Virus record (IMG/VR): IMGVR_UViG_3300006217_002764
Length of the DNA stretch: 32,182 nucleotides
From: a virus
Taxonomy: Duplodnaviria; Heunggongvirae; Uroviricota; Caudoviricetes
Direction: 5' to 3' (one strand)
The notes under the pieces are model-generated. The model did no database searches, was not told where the DNA came from, and saw nothing but the letters and a program-made list of their open reading frames with translations. This document shows positions 15,011 to 24,227 of the stretch, piece by piece. A program made the position numbers and the translations under genes. The number at the start of each line of letters is the position of its first letter. Within the stretch, counting starts at the first letter, position 1.

Positions 15011-15903
15011 TGTTGGGTCTCCTTTTCGAGTGTGGTGGAATCCGATGAGAGCAGGGTCGCCCCGTTGGAGATGTGCACGGCCATGAAACGTTCCCTGTCC
15101 ATTTGCGCCAGCATGTATGCGACGCGCATGATGGCGTTGTGCCGTGTATGCGTGGGCGTTCCGGTCATGGTCAGGTATGCGCCGTACTGGAGTTCGGCGC
15201 GCAGGTATTCGAGCATCCATTCACGGGGTTGCGTGTCCTCGACCTTGTGGGCAACCAGTACAGCGCGATTCACTAGATCTTGGAACCGGTTTGCCTCGGG
15301 GTCCGCTTGCCTGTCGGGGGCGAACCGGGAGGTCAGGGTACGGCTGGCCTCCTCATAGTCTTCTTGATTGTCGAACAGGTACAGTGTGACGGCCTTTGCG
15401 GGGAGCATATGGACTTGCACCGTTCCGTCTTCCATCTCCTCAGGATCGGCGTCGCTGAACCTTTCATAGAATGCGTCCAGGATTCCATGCGCTTCCCTGT
15501 CGGTTTCCTGATGCAGGCTATCAATGGTCTGCCATGCGTTGCGTGATGGCGTGTAGGTTTCGTCTTTCGATTCCCATCGGCGTTCCGTGCCGATGCTCAC
15601 GCCAAGTCGGGAGGCGAGTTCGTGTTGGGTCAGGCCGCAGTATTCGCGGAGAAATTTGAACTCGGTGTTCGACCGGTTGAGGCGTTGTTCGAGGTCGTGT
15701 CCGGTTCGCAGTTCGTTGGTGTAGAAGTGTTCGATCCGTTGGTATTCCGGTTCATCTTCGATGGTGAGCAGCGCCTGCTGCACTTGGCGGACAGGTAGAT
15801 TGGCGATGGCGTGGTACTCGGCGAGCGGCTTGGCCGCTGGGTCTGGTTGTTCCGCCCATTCGAGGATGCGCCTGAGTTGGCTAGTGATGTCGTCGTGGTT
15901 CAT
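15007..15903 (-). CDS. XRE-HTH protein with DUF1870/Aca2-like C-terminal half, 298 aa
   Basis: FKFLREYCGLTQHELASRLGVSIGTERRWES HTH; downstream VTLYLFDNQEDYE and HNAIMRVAYML; AAAGGAAG RBS. Confidence 0.75.
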   Translation of the reverse strand: MNHDDITSQLRRILEWAEQPDPAAKPLAEYHAIANLPVRQVQQALLTIEDEPEYQRIEHFYTNELRTGHDLEQRLNRSNTEFKFLREYCGLTQHELASRLGVSIGTERRWESKDETYTPSRNAWQTIDSLHQETDREAHGILDAFYERFSDADPEEMEDGTVQVHMLPAKAVTLYLFDNQEDYEEASRTLTSRFAPDRQADPEANRFQDLVNRAVLVAHKVEDTQPREWMLEYLRAELQYGAYLTMTGTPTHTRHNAIMRVAYMLAQMDRERFMAVHISNGATLLSSDSTTLEKETQQ

Positions 15904-15935
15904 GGTGGTCTCACTTCCTTTTTGGTGAGTATAAT

Positions 15936-15976
15936 GTTATCACGTTTTGATAACCAAGTGTACACGAAATGATAAC
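15936..15976. promoter_or_regulatory. Operator-like inverted repeat GTTATCA-N5-TGATAAC plus an extra TGATAAC half-site between divergent promoters
   Basis: 15936-15954 and 15970-15976; TGC-TATACT at 15986-15994 on +. Confidence 0.55.
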
Positions 15977-16025
15977 ACCGTGATATGCTATACTGAAAAC
16001 AACCAAAAAACACAGGAGGCGGAAC

Positions 16026-16916
16026 ATGAACCACCCGAACCCACCCACCATAACCCCCATCAACCCGCAAAGCCTCACGCAGACCATCACCCCACAACAA
16101 GCCCGGCACTGGCTCGAACACAACAACAACCACAACCGCCACCTCAACCCGACAACCGTCAAAAAATACGCCTCCGACATGCGCGAAGGGAATTGGCAAA
16201 TGAACTCGATGCCGATCGTCTTCTCCGACACCGGCCAACTCCTCGACGGACAGCACCGCCTCGCCGCCTGCGTCAAAGCCAACACGCCATTCGAAGCAAT
16301 CGTGTTCTCGGGCCTGCCGGAAAACACCCAGACCACCATCGACACCGGCAGACCCCGCTCCCTGCCCGACGTGCTCGCCATCAACGGCGAAGCCAACACC
16401 GCGATTCTCTCCTCAGCCGCACGAACCTACTGGCTCATGGAGCGCAAAAGCATCGACGGCATCTACCAGCCGGACGCGCGACACGGCACCATTCCCCAAT
16501 TCCTCGCAATCATCGAGGAACATCCTCATCTCCGGCAACTCGCCAAGGAATATGCGACGTTCAAAGCCAAATCGAACGGCCTGCTGACCTCATACCCATA
16601 CCTCGCGTTGCGTCTCAGATTCGACGAAATCGACCTGTCAGCCAGCCAAGAGTTCTTCGACAAGTTGGCGACCGGAGAGGACCTCGGCAAAGGCAACCCG
16701 ATCCTCGTCCTGAGAAGCACGCTGATCAAATACCGTTTCGCCAGCGAGGGGCTGAGGAACGGCAGCGCGTACAAGGATAGGCATTTCGAGCTGGTGGCGA
16801 CCATCAAAGCGTGGAACGCGTGGCGCAAAGGCGAGACTTTGAACCACATTTCGGTGCGGTCGGGCGCGTTGGCGCCGAAGATCTACAGCAGGACGGCGCC
16901 GAACCTGTTGTACTAG
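16026..16916 (+). CDS. ParB/Srx-like protein with DGQHR motif, 296 aa
   Basis: ITPQQARHWL...NRHL...YASDMREGNW...PIVF...LLDGQHRLAA...IDTGRPRS; AGGAGG RBS. Confidence 0.8.
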   Translation: MNHPNPPTITPINPQSLTQTITPQQARHWLEHNNNHNRHLNPTTVKKYASDMREGNWQMNSMPIVFSDTGQLLDGQHRLAACVKANTPFEAIVFSGLPENTQTTIDTGRPRSLPDVLAINGEANTAILSSAARTYWLMERKSIDGIYQPDARHGTIPQFLAIIEEHPHLRQLAKEYATFKAKSNGLLTSYPYLALRLRFDEIDLSASQEFFDKLATGEDLGKGNPILVLRSTLIKYRFASEGLRNGSAYKDRHFELVATIKAWNAWRKGETLNHISVRSGALAPKIYSRTAPNLLY

Positions 16917-16921
16917 AGGGG

Positions 16922-17329
16922 TCAGGCGTTATTGAGCCGTGAGACCAAGGCTTGTGCCTGTTCGCCCTCATGCCGATACGAGTCCAATGCGGTTTGCGGA
17001 TTGTTGGCACAATCATGGGCGCCGGGTTCGGTTGGTTGCAACCGTTGCAAGAACCCGTTGCGGGCCTGCACGGCCTGCTGGTATGTGTCCGTGGCATCGG
17101 TTTGGGCCGTGTGGCATTGGGCGACAAGCTGCGCATGCAACACGGGCGCGCGCCCATGCGTGGCCGCCAACCCCCACAACACCCCCACCGTCAGAGCCAC
17201 CGTGAGAATGGCCGCGGTGAGGATGGCGCGATGTCTGGCACGGCGCCGCCGTTCCTGCCTCACGTATTGGCGTCGGGCGCGGCGCATGACCGTATCAAAC
17301 GACGGGGTGTACGGTCCGGGGGCGTTCAC
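16922..17329 (-). CDS. Single-TM hypothetical protein, 135 aa
   Basis: Basic N-terminus plus TM; GTGA overlap. Confidence 0.65.
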   Translation of the reverse strand: MNAPGPYTPSFDTVMRRARRQYVRQERRRRARHRAILTAAILTVALTVGVLWGLAATHGRAPVLHAQLVAQCHTAQTDATDTYQQAVQARNGFLQRLQPTEPGAHDCANNPQTALDSYRHEGEQAQALVSRLNNA

Positions 17330-17730
17330 CGCCCCCGCCTTCCCTCGTCCGGATTGTCAAGGTACTGTTCCAAGCGGTCGATCACAGCCAACTGCGCATA
17401 CCCGATGCGGGATAGTTCGGCGTTCTGGTCATCGTCGATCAGAGTCGTGTCGTCGCGCACTTCGACGAGATCGTCCAAAGCGTGGCACATCGTATCATGG
17501 ATCTGCATGAGTTCCCCTTGTGGGGAACCGACGGCGGCAGCGTTCTCCCCGTATGGTGCGCGGTATGGGATGCCATCGTCCACGTCGGTCGCCGAAACCT
17601 TACTTCCCTCATGTTCCGTCATGTGGGCGAGCCACCTGTCGAACAGGTCCTCCGCGTTGCGGATGCCCATGGTTGGTGCGTTTGAGATGAACACCTCTTT
17701 GATGACCGCTGTCCGTGGATCGTGGATCAT
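17326..17730 (-). CDS. Acidic hypothetical protein, 134 aa
   Basis: AAGGGG RBS; AEDLFDRWLAH segment. Confidence 0.7.
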   Translation of the reverse strand: MIHDPRTAVIKEVFISNAPTMGIRNAEDLFDRWLAHMTEHEGSKVSATDVDDGIPYRAPYGENAAAVGSPQGELMQIHDTMCHALDDLVEVRDDTTLIDDDQNAELSRIGYAQLAVIDRLEQYLDNPDEGRRGR

Positions 17731-17757
17731 GCGTGTTTCCCCCTTGTTCCCTTCAAT

Positions 17758-18222
17758 TCATTTTTGTTTTGTGTTGTTGACGACGACGCCGTATGCGTCA
17801 TCACAGATCAATCCCCTGTCGGCCAACATCTGAAGATGCTCCGGGCTGGCGCCCACGCTTCCGGCCAACAATTGCGCGGTGACCTGATCGACATGCCGTC
17901 CGGTGGTGGACATGCGTGCCGAAGAGGTGAGCGCGACGAGCAGCGCGAACGCTTTCGGGTCTTCGCGGGCAAGGTCGAGCATTGGTTGCGAACACCATCG
18001 GATTGCTTCGGCGTGGTCGCCGAGCAGTTGCCCCGGCGTGGCGTCAAAGGCTTCCCCCAGATTTTCAAGATCGTCGATGTCCCACCCGTGGGTGCCGTTG
18101 AGTCGTTGGCGGACGTATTCGCCGCTGTGTCCCAGGGCGTGTGCGATGTCGGCGCGACGGATGTGGCGTGCGGCCATGATCGTTTTGACTTTGTGGGATA
18201 TGGTGTGGTTGAGGTTGTCCAT
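17758..18222 (-). CDS. XRE-HTH regulator with possible C-terminal winged-helix, 154 aa
   Basis: KVKTIMAARHIRRADIAHALGHSGEYVRQRLNG...WDIDDLENL; AGGA RBS. Confidence 0.8.
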   Translation of the reverse strand: MDNLNHTISHKVKTIMAARHIRRADIAHALGHSGEYVRQRLNGTHGWDIDDLENLGEAFDATPGQLLGDHAEAIRWCSQPMLDLAREDPKAFALLVALTSSARMSTTGRHVDQVTAQLLAGSVGASPEHLQMLADRGLICDDAYGVVVNNTKQK

Positions 18223-18262
18223 GGTGTGGTTCCTGTGGGTTGATCTGTGGATGGATGCCGTG

Positions 18263-18286
18263 TTTGTGGCTATGTTCAGATTACCA
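18263..18286 (-). promoter_or_regulatory. Shared promoter motif
   Basis: TGG TAATCT GA ACA TAGCCACAAA. Confidence 0.65.
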
Positions 18287-18464
18287 TATATGAGACATGG
18301 GTTGTTGTCGTGTCGCCATGTTTTCCCGCACGAGGCAATACCTCTTGCCGCCGTTTCGCTTATGCCTGCCGTCGCTGCTCCTTTTTCGTGTCGATGGTTG
18401 ACGGCACCATCATATATTCGAACATTTGTTCGGAACAAATCGGCGTGTCGCCAACCAAGACGAC

Positions 18465-18749
18465 TCAAGCGGCAAACGCCGCACCATCGAACAGGTCATC
18501 CACCGACACACACCATCCGGTCATCTTCGGCAACTTCAAATCCGTGAACCGCCTATACCGGAACGGACGAAGACCCCTCAAATATTGGTTCCCCCGCAGT
18601 TCGGCGGCGGTCGGACGGTCCGCCAACTCCAAAGGCACACGCCTGACCCCATCATCATTGAGAAAATCAACGTCGATGATCGTACTGTCGGCGCACTTGT
18701 CGAGAAATTCACCGAAATCGACGTAATCCCTCGTCTCCGCATGCATCAT
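18465..18749 (-). CDS. Acidic hypothetical protein, 94 aa
   Basis: AAAGGA RBS, promoter motif upstream. Confidence 0.7.
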   Translation of the reverse strand: MMHAETRDYVDFGEFLDKCADSTIIDVDFLNDDGVRRVPLELADRPTAAELRGNQYLRGLRPFRYRRFTDLKLPKMTGWCVSVDDLFDGAAFAA

Positions 18750-18777
18750 GATGCCATCCTTTGTTCGAGAACACGGT

Positions 18778-18801
18778 TTTGTGGATAATGTCAGTATAGC
18801 T
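18778..18801 (-). promoter_or_regulatory. Shared promoter motif
   Basis: AGC TATACT GA CAT TATCCACAAA. Confidence 0.75.
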
Positions 18802-18818
18802 TATACTATTGGGTTCAG

Positions 18819-19769
18819 CTATCTACCAGCGGCACACTGCTCCAGATACCCCACCGTCTCCGACTTCTCCCACGGCGACATCGACAACCCATACTTGTGC
18901 TTGATGTACACACGCTTCGACATATAACCGCAACGGTACGAGACGTTATCCGGAAGCCACACGCTCGGCGTGGACACCTTCCAACCATGTTTCGCACCCA
19001 CCCCGGAAAGGTTCACCCCCTCACCCTTCGCATTGTTGGCGGCGCCCTGCGACGCCAACAACACCTCGGGATCATTCGCATACGCCACCCGCTCCCCTTG
19101 GGGACGGCTCCACAAACCACTCGCATACGCGTCATACAAAGCGACCACATGATCGATCTGCACCAATGACGACGTGTCCTTGCCCCGCTGGAACCTCATT
19201 GCCTCACCCGTGTACGGGTCGATGAACGACCCGGATGTGACACGGCACTGCGCATCCATCGCCGCATCATGCAGATCACGTTGGAGCACAAGGTCACGGG
19301 TCGTACCGCGGCCGCACATGGCGTCAGACTGCGCCCACCCGCCGAATTGGTCGGCGCGCTTGTACCCCTTCATATGCGGGATGGCCACGGGAAGGCCTTT
19401 CGCGGCCTCCAACGCTTCCGACACTCCCAACGGACTCGCCGACGCAGCGGGAAGCCCCCCGCTCGCATCAGGCGCCGCCGACGTGCCGTCCGACACCGTG
19501 GGAGATGGCTCCTCCCGCCCACCCGCTGATGGTTTGAGCACGTCCAGACCAGACGCCCCCACATCCGGTTGCGGCAACGACACCCGGTTCTTGGAATCCG
19601 CGCCAGGCAGCAGTTGGGCGACGCTCGTCACCCGCGGCAACCCCAATGACGACGCAAGAGACGCCCACGCCCCCGATTCGACAACAATGACCAGCATGAG
19701 GAACATGCACCCCACGCAGACGAGCGCTTCCCAGAAACGAAACCTGCCCTTATGCCTGTGTGACGCCAT
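18819..19769 (-). CDS. Membrane-anchored DUF1524/HNH-type extracellular nuclease, 316 aa
   Basis: TRDLVLQRD...DPYTG...VQIDHVVAL...ANDPEVLLAS...NNAKG; N-terminal TM; AGGAGG RBS. Confidence 0.85.
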   Translation of the reverse strand: MASHRHKGRFRFWEALVCVGCMFLMLVIVVESGAWASLASSLGLPRVTSVAQLLPGADSKNRVSLPQPDVGASGLDVLKPSAGGREEPSPTVSDGTSAAPDASGGLPAASASPLGVSEALEAAKGLPVAIPHMKGYKRADQFGGWAQSDAMCGRGTTRDLVLQRDLHDAAMDAQCRVTSGSFIDPYTGEAMRFQRGKDTSSLVQIDHVVALYDAYASGLWSRPQGERVAYANDPEVLLASQGAANNAKGEGVNLSGVGAKHGWKVSTPSVWLPDNVSYRCGYMSKRVYIKHKYGLSMSPWEKSETVGYLEQCAAGR

Positions 19770-19777
19770 GGCCCCTC

Positions 19778-19927
19778 CTAGAACACGAGGTTGATGAACA
19801 AGGCGATGCAGAACGCTGCCACCAAGCCACCGGAAATGAGCGCGGCGTTGTCTGACACCCATCCGGAGAAGCTGTTCGCATCATCCTTCCCGCTGCCAGT
19901 GCGGTTATCCATTGTATGTTTCTCCAT
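19778..19927 (-). CDS. 49-aa peptide with C-terminal TM (below the ORF-track cutoff)
   Basis: GAAAGGA RBS; MEKHTMDN...ALISGGLVAAFCIALFINLVF; exactly fills the gap in the operon. Confidence 0.65.
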   Translation of the reverse strand: MEKHTMDNRTGSGKDDANSFSGWVSDNAALISGGLVAAFCIALFINLVF

Positions 19928-19938
19928 GGGGATTCCTT

Positions 19939-21051
19939 TCAATTCTGCCCGGATTCGACGGAGGGAGCATCCGTGGCCGCCGCGCCCTCATTGTCCGTGG
20001 CGCCGGAGAACACGGACAGCTGGTCCTTTGGAATGGCGTTCGCATACGGTTTGAGCTGGGATAGGACTCCTGACGCGTTCCAATCCACGATGCGGGCCGA
20101 ACCGCTGGACGGGTTGGCGATCAGCACGCCAATGCTCATCGTCGAACTCACTGACATGGATTGACGCCGCTCATCCTCGCTCAGTTCTCCGGCTTTTGCG
20201 TATGGCGTGAACTGTACCGTCAACGATGCCGCACCATACTTGTGGTCCGTGTCACTGGACTTGGGCACAGGGTTGCCCTCGTTATCCACACCGATGAGCC
20301 AATCGACGCTTGCGCTTTTGAACACGCCGACATTGGCCGGCTGGTAGGCGTGCTGAGTGTCTGGGTCCCCGACGAGCACCGTCAGCGCCGACGGGTCCTT
20401 CCCCACATAGGCTTTCGCCCAAGCGTTGACGACATCCGCCAATGTGGGTGCTTGATCGAGTCGCGCCTTGTCGTCCGGAACGTAGTTCTGTTGGTCATTG
20501 CTGCCATCCGCCGGCAACGGCAGGATACTGGGCGAGCCCACCGGGGATGCGACGCCGTCCATGACGGAGACGAGTTGCGCGATGTTGCGTGTCGTACCGT
20601 CCGACAGGTCGGTGAAGCTCAATTGGTGACTCCAGTATTGGGTTTCCACTGCCTGCCCCCCGGCTTGTTGGGCGTTTTTGGCGACGGTGTTGACGAGTTG
20701 CGCGTCCACCCACCATAGGTTCGCGTATCCGGATTGGAATGGTGTGTCTTTGGAGGTGAGCCACCGGTTGACGTTCTGCAACGCCGCCTGCCGTCCCGGC
20801 TTGTTCGCGGTGGCGAGGTGGAAGCGTTCCGCTGCGAAGTCGGTGAACCGTTCGGTGTTGGACATGATGCGGGCGCAGATGAGGGGGCTGATGATGGTGA
20901 TGATGGTGATGATGGCGAGGTAGACTTTGACTTTGCTGGTGTTCTTGACTTGCAGGCGCAAAGCGGCGAGGTCGGTTTCGGTACGGCGCTGCTTTTCGCT
21001 TTTCAGTGGTGTGTCGTCCACACTGAGGGTCTGTTTGCGTTTGAATAGCAT
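19939..21051 (-). CDS. Bitopic conjugation protein, probably TcpC/VirB8-like, 370 aa
   Basis: Short cytoplasmic N-terminus, one TM, two similar-sized extracellular alpha/beta halves; T4SS context (inference). Confidence 0.6.
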   Translation of the reverse strand: MLFKRKQTLSVDDTPLKSEKQRRTETDLAALRLQVKNTSKVKVYLAIITIITIISPLICARIMSNTERFTDFAAERFHLATANKPGRQAALQNVNRWLTSKDTPFQSGYANLWWVDAQLVNTVAKNAQQAGGQAVETQYWSHQLSFTDLSDGTTRNIAQLVSVMDGVASPVGSPSILPLPADGSNDQQNYVPDDKARLDQAPTLADVVNAWAKAYVGKDPSALTVLVGDPDTQHAYQPANVGVFKSASVDWLIGVDNEGNPVPKSSDTDHKYGAASLTVQFTPYAKAGELSEDERRQSMSVSSTMSIGVLIANPSSGSARIVDWNASGVLSQLKPYANAIPKDQLSVFSGATDNEGAAATDAPSVESGQN

Positions 21052-21075
21052 TGTGGTGTGTTCCGGTTCCAGTGG

Positions 21076-21099
21076 TTTGTGGATTGTTTCAGTCTAGCA
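21076..21099 (-). promoter_or_regulatory. Shared promoter motif
   Basis: TGC TAGACT GA AAC AATCCACAAA. Confidence 0.7.
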
Positions 21100-21155
21100 T
21101 ATGCAGTGTGTTGCGTGTGCTTGGTTTTGTATGTATGGTGGATACTGAAAAAGTG

Positions 21156-21179
21156 TGCTATACTGAAACTGTCTACAAA
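21156..21179 (+). promoter_or_regulatory. Shared promoter motif
   Basis: TGC TATACT GA AAC TGTCTACAAA. Confidence 0.7.
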
Positions 21180-21234
21180 AACAGTAAGCTGTCACCCAGA
21201 AAGGGAACACACAACACACGAAGGAAAGACCGCC

Positions 21235-21765
21235 ATGATCAGCTTCACACTCGGCCTCATCCTAGGCTTCATCGCAGTCATCATCGCACCATTCGTCCTG
21301 CTCGGCCTCGGCATCCAAACAGCCCTGGGATTCGTGGACACCCTCGCGGTCTTCTTCTTCGACATCATCATCGGGGGCGCCATCCTCTACATGCTGTTCA
21401 TCTACGGCGCATACTTCGGCACCATGCTCTTCTATCAGATACGCGACAGCCTCGGCAAGGAGAGCGAACCCCAAACAGGCCTCGGCGTCGGGGAGGGTCT
21501 GAAGATCATCTCCATGCCGGCCTTCGTCACCTTCTGCGGCATCGCCGTCTACTGGGTCTTCTTCCACAGGTTCACCGGATATGTCCACGGGCTTTGGATC
21601 ACCGAAGGCGTCATCGTCGCAATCGGCGTCCTGCTCACCGCCATCACCGAACTATGGGGGAAGTCCCTTGCCAAGAGACACGGAAGCGCAGTGAGGCAGA
21701 CCGCAGGCACCGGCCACTCGCAGGCATCCAAACCGGACGACATCGAATACGTCGATATCCACTGA
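21235..21765 (+). CDS. Hypothetical membrane protein, 4-5 TM, 176 aa
   Basis: GAAGGAAAG RBS; hydrophobic segments; terminator follows. Confidence 0.75.
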   Translation: MISFTLGLILGFIAVIIAPFVLLGLGIQTALGFVDTLAVFFFDIIIGGAILYMLFIYGAYFGTMLFYQIRDSLGKESEPQTGLGVGEGLKIISMPAFVTFCGIAVYWVFFHRFTGYVHGLWITEGVIVAIGVLLTAITELWGKSLAKRHGSAVRQTAGTGHSQASKPDDIEYVDIH

Positions 21766-21780
21766 AAAACGACCATCTAC

Positions 21781-21810
21781 AGGGGCATCCCAGACGGGTG
21801 CCCCTTTTTC
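21781..21810 (+). terminator. Intrinsic terminator
   Basis: AGGGGCATCC/GGGTGCCCCT stem followed by TTTT. Confidence 0.8.
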
Positions 21811-21922
21811 GTATCGGATTGGCTGTCTGTTTGACCATGCAACCAATCAATCAGACGATTGAGTGATCGCTCAGACACGCGATTGACTGAATATGTCCAC
21901 AAACACATGGACAATCAGACAC

Positions 21923-22579
21923 ATGCTTCCAACCATCATCACCATCGCCATCATCAAAGGCGGCAGCGGCAAAACCACCACCAGCATGGCCCTCGCCGAA
22001 GGCCTTGCCATGCGAGGTAAAACCGTCACCGTCCTCGACTCCGACAACACCGGTGGCGCAACACTCTGGCAGGAATACGTCGCCAACGAAAACGACCGGC
22101 GCCAACACGACGACCCCAACGCAACCCCCTACGAGCTCGGATTCGACGTGCAACCCGTCAACACCGCACTGCTCGACCGCACACGCATCCTCAACCGGTA
22201 CAAGGATTACGACTACATCATCATCGACACACCACCAAGCGACGCCGGCGTCATGCAAGCCGCACTCGACTGCGCCGACGTGACCATCATCCCCTGCCAA
22301 CCATCCGTAAGCGACATGACCCACGCGGGCAAAACCTACATGGCATGCAGGAACGGCATCGTGCTGCTCACCCGCGTCAAACCACGCACCCGATTGGCGC
22401 GCAACGCCATCGAGGAGCTCGACACCAACGGGATCCCACGGTTCGAAACCGTCATCACCGAACGCGAAGCCATCAAGAACATGTACGGCACCACCCAACG
22501 TGACAAGACCGAATACCCATCCGTCGTGCAGGAACTGCTCGACTACCTCGAATCCCGCACCACCACCGGCAAGGAGTGA
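21923..22579 (+). CDS. parA: ParA-family Walker ATPase (type Ib, no N-terminal HTH); alternative leaderless start at 21893
   Basis: KGGSGKTT deviant Walker A, VLDSD, IIIDTPP Walker B. Confidence 0.92.
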   Translation: MLPTIITIAIIKGGSGKTTTSMALAEGLAMRGKTVTVLDSDNTGGATLWQEYVANENDRRQHDDPNATPYELGFDVQPVNTALLDRTRILNRYKDYDYIIIDTPPSDAGVMQAALDCADVTIIPCQPSVSDMTHAGKTYMACRNGIVLLTRVKPRTRLARNAIEELDTNGIPRFETVITEREAIKNMYGTTQRDKTEYPSVVQELLDYLESRTTTGKE

Positions 22580-22584
22580 CGACC

Positions 22585-22905
22585 ATGGTCAAGAACATCT
22601 CCAACGCGTTCAGCCACGGCATGAGCGACAACCGCGACATGCGACCCCTCGAAGACCCCACAACCAGCCCGGATCATGCCAGCAATGAGACTGCACGCAA
22701 ACCAGCCATGCGCGGCGGTTACGTGCATCCACGCACCCGGCGCTTCGGGGTGACCATCACCGAGGAACTGTACAAGGCGTTGCGCCTCAAATCAGCTGAG
22801 AGCGGCCTGTCCATGACGGCGTTGACGGAAGCCGCGTTGGACACGGCATTGCTTAGCGGCGGATTGGACATGGGGAAAGCCTACGGCTACGACGAAAAAC
22901 AATAG
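22585..22905 (+). CDS. Ribbon-helix-helix partition protein (ParG-like), 106 aa
   Basis: AAGGAG RBS; RFGVTITEELYKALRLKSAESGLSMTALTEAAL; directly after parA. Confidence 0.8.
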   Translation: MVKNISNAFSHGMSDNRDMRPLEDPTTSPDHASNETARKPAMRGGYVHPRTRRFGVTITEELYKALRLKSAESGLSMTALTEAALDTALLSGGLDMGKAYGYDEKQ

Positions 22906-22911
22906 GTAGCG

Positions 22912-22955
22912 GTGTGGGGCGGAACCATCGACAGTTCCACCCCACACATGGTTTT
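22912..22955. terminator. Terminator hairpin between convergent genes
   Basis: GTGTGGGG/CCCCACAC with inner GGAAC/GTTCC; T-run on +. Confidence 0.75.
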
Positions 22956-22974
22956 TGGTTTTGTGGATACTGCC

Positions 22975-23208
22975 CTACCTCATCATCATGTTTTCGCTGG
23001 CGTTCAGGAACGCCACCAGATGCGCCTTGAGCATGCCCCGCAACACTTCCACGGATTGCACGCCCTGCACCTGCGGGTCGTCCACGAACTCCACATAATC
23101 ATCCAACACTGCGGCCAGACGGTTATGCAACCCGATCATATTGCGCTCAACGGCATCCATGCCGTCCTGCGGTTCCAACGGTGCGAAATATTCGATGTCC
23201 TGTTCCAT
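22975..23208 (-). CDS. Acidic hypothetical protein, 77 aa
   Basis: GAAGGAAG RBS. Confidence 0.65.
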   Translation of the reverse strand: MEQDIEYFAPLEPQDGMDAVERNMIGLHNRLAAVLDDYVEFVDDPQVQGVQSVEVLRGMLKAHLVAFLNASENMMMR

Positions 23209-23253
23209 GACACTTCCTTCTGTTCACTGATTCGACTATTACCGGGTGGCAGG

Positions 23254-24060
23254 TCAGGCGACGATGCCAGTGCCACGCTTACGAAGCAGACCACGCAACA
23301 CATCCAATCCCTTCGCGGTGACACGCACCGTCGGCGGATACGGGAACGTGCTGCCATCTCTATGCGTGCCATGCTCCACATGCACCTTCATCTCAAGACG
23401 CCCATTGTCCACTTAGGACTGGTACGCCTTCCACGCATTGGTGGCGGCGTCACGGAACACCCAATTGATCTCGGCCATAAACCCGTACAGACGGTTACGG
23501 CCGATCTGAATGTCCAGATCATTCGAGAGGAGCTTCGCCGCGTCGGCCACACTGTAGGAACCCTCAACCGAAGTGAACACGTCCAACGCCTCAGCCTTTG
23601 GTTCCAACTCCTTGACCTTCGCCTCAGCGACAGCTTGCTTTTCCTGAGCCTTTTTGAGTGCCATGCCAAGGTTAATGACGAAATCAGGATTGGACGCGAG
23701 CTGCTGCATGGCGGTCGGGGTGATGTACGCTCCGTGGTCGTGGATACTGGGCGCCACTTCATCGAACAGCCAGCTTTCAAACCGTTCGGCGGAGGGGAGC
23801 TTGCTGGAGGTGATGAGCCGATACACGTCATTGCGCTTGATGAACGTGAATGTCTGTGTGCCACCTGCGGTCTGAAGGGGGTAACGTTTCGTTACTCCCT
23901 TGCAGTGGTCTTTAACCGCCTTGCTTGTATTGGTGTATCCAAGTGCAACGGCTACATCTTTTGCGCAGTACCAGATGGTTCCGTCTTCGCCTAACCAAAT
24001 GCGGATGTGCATGTTGTCGAAGATAAAATCCTGGGCCGTGGTAATCTCGGTGGTTGGCAT
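23254..24060 (-). pseudogene. BRO-N + ANT(KilAC) phage antirepressor with an internal TAA at 23413-23415
   Basis: WYCAKDVAVALGY...YRLITSSKLPSAERFESWLFDEVAPSI; the frame continues after the stop with VDNGRLEMK...TVRVTAKGL to TGA at 23254. Confidence 0.85.
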
Positions 24061-24227
24061 CTTTCGGAGTCCTTTCTGTTGATGCCGTTGGGTTGAGTGC
24101 TGGTAACGCTCAACCCTTTTCCATACGCCTAGTTGGTGTACGTGAACTAATATATACCACATACACTACAAGCGTCAAACATATCTTAGTAAAGTGCTTA
24201 TGCAATAAAAGTGCTATACTGAAACGT

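Noticed and set aside
17758-18468. 236-aa version of the HTH gene, and similarly the extended starts for ssb (11414), higB (1185) and ant (24162)
   Set aside because: The extensions cross promoter motifs and lack an RBS; internal starts have clear RBS or leaderless geometry
18819-19769. GmrSD or other restriction defence system
   Set aside because: N-terminal TM and linker indicate a surface nuclease; there is no DUF262 partner and it is unlinked to the methylase
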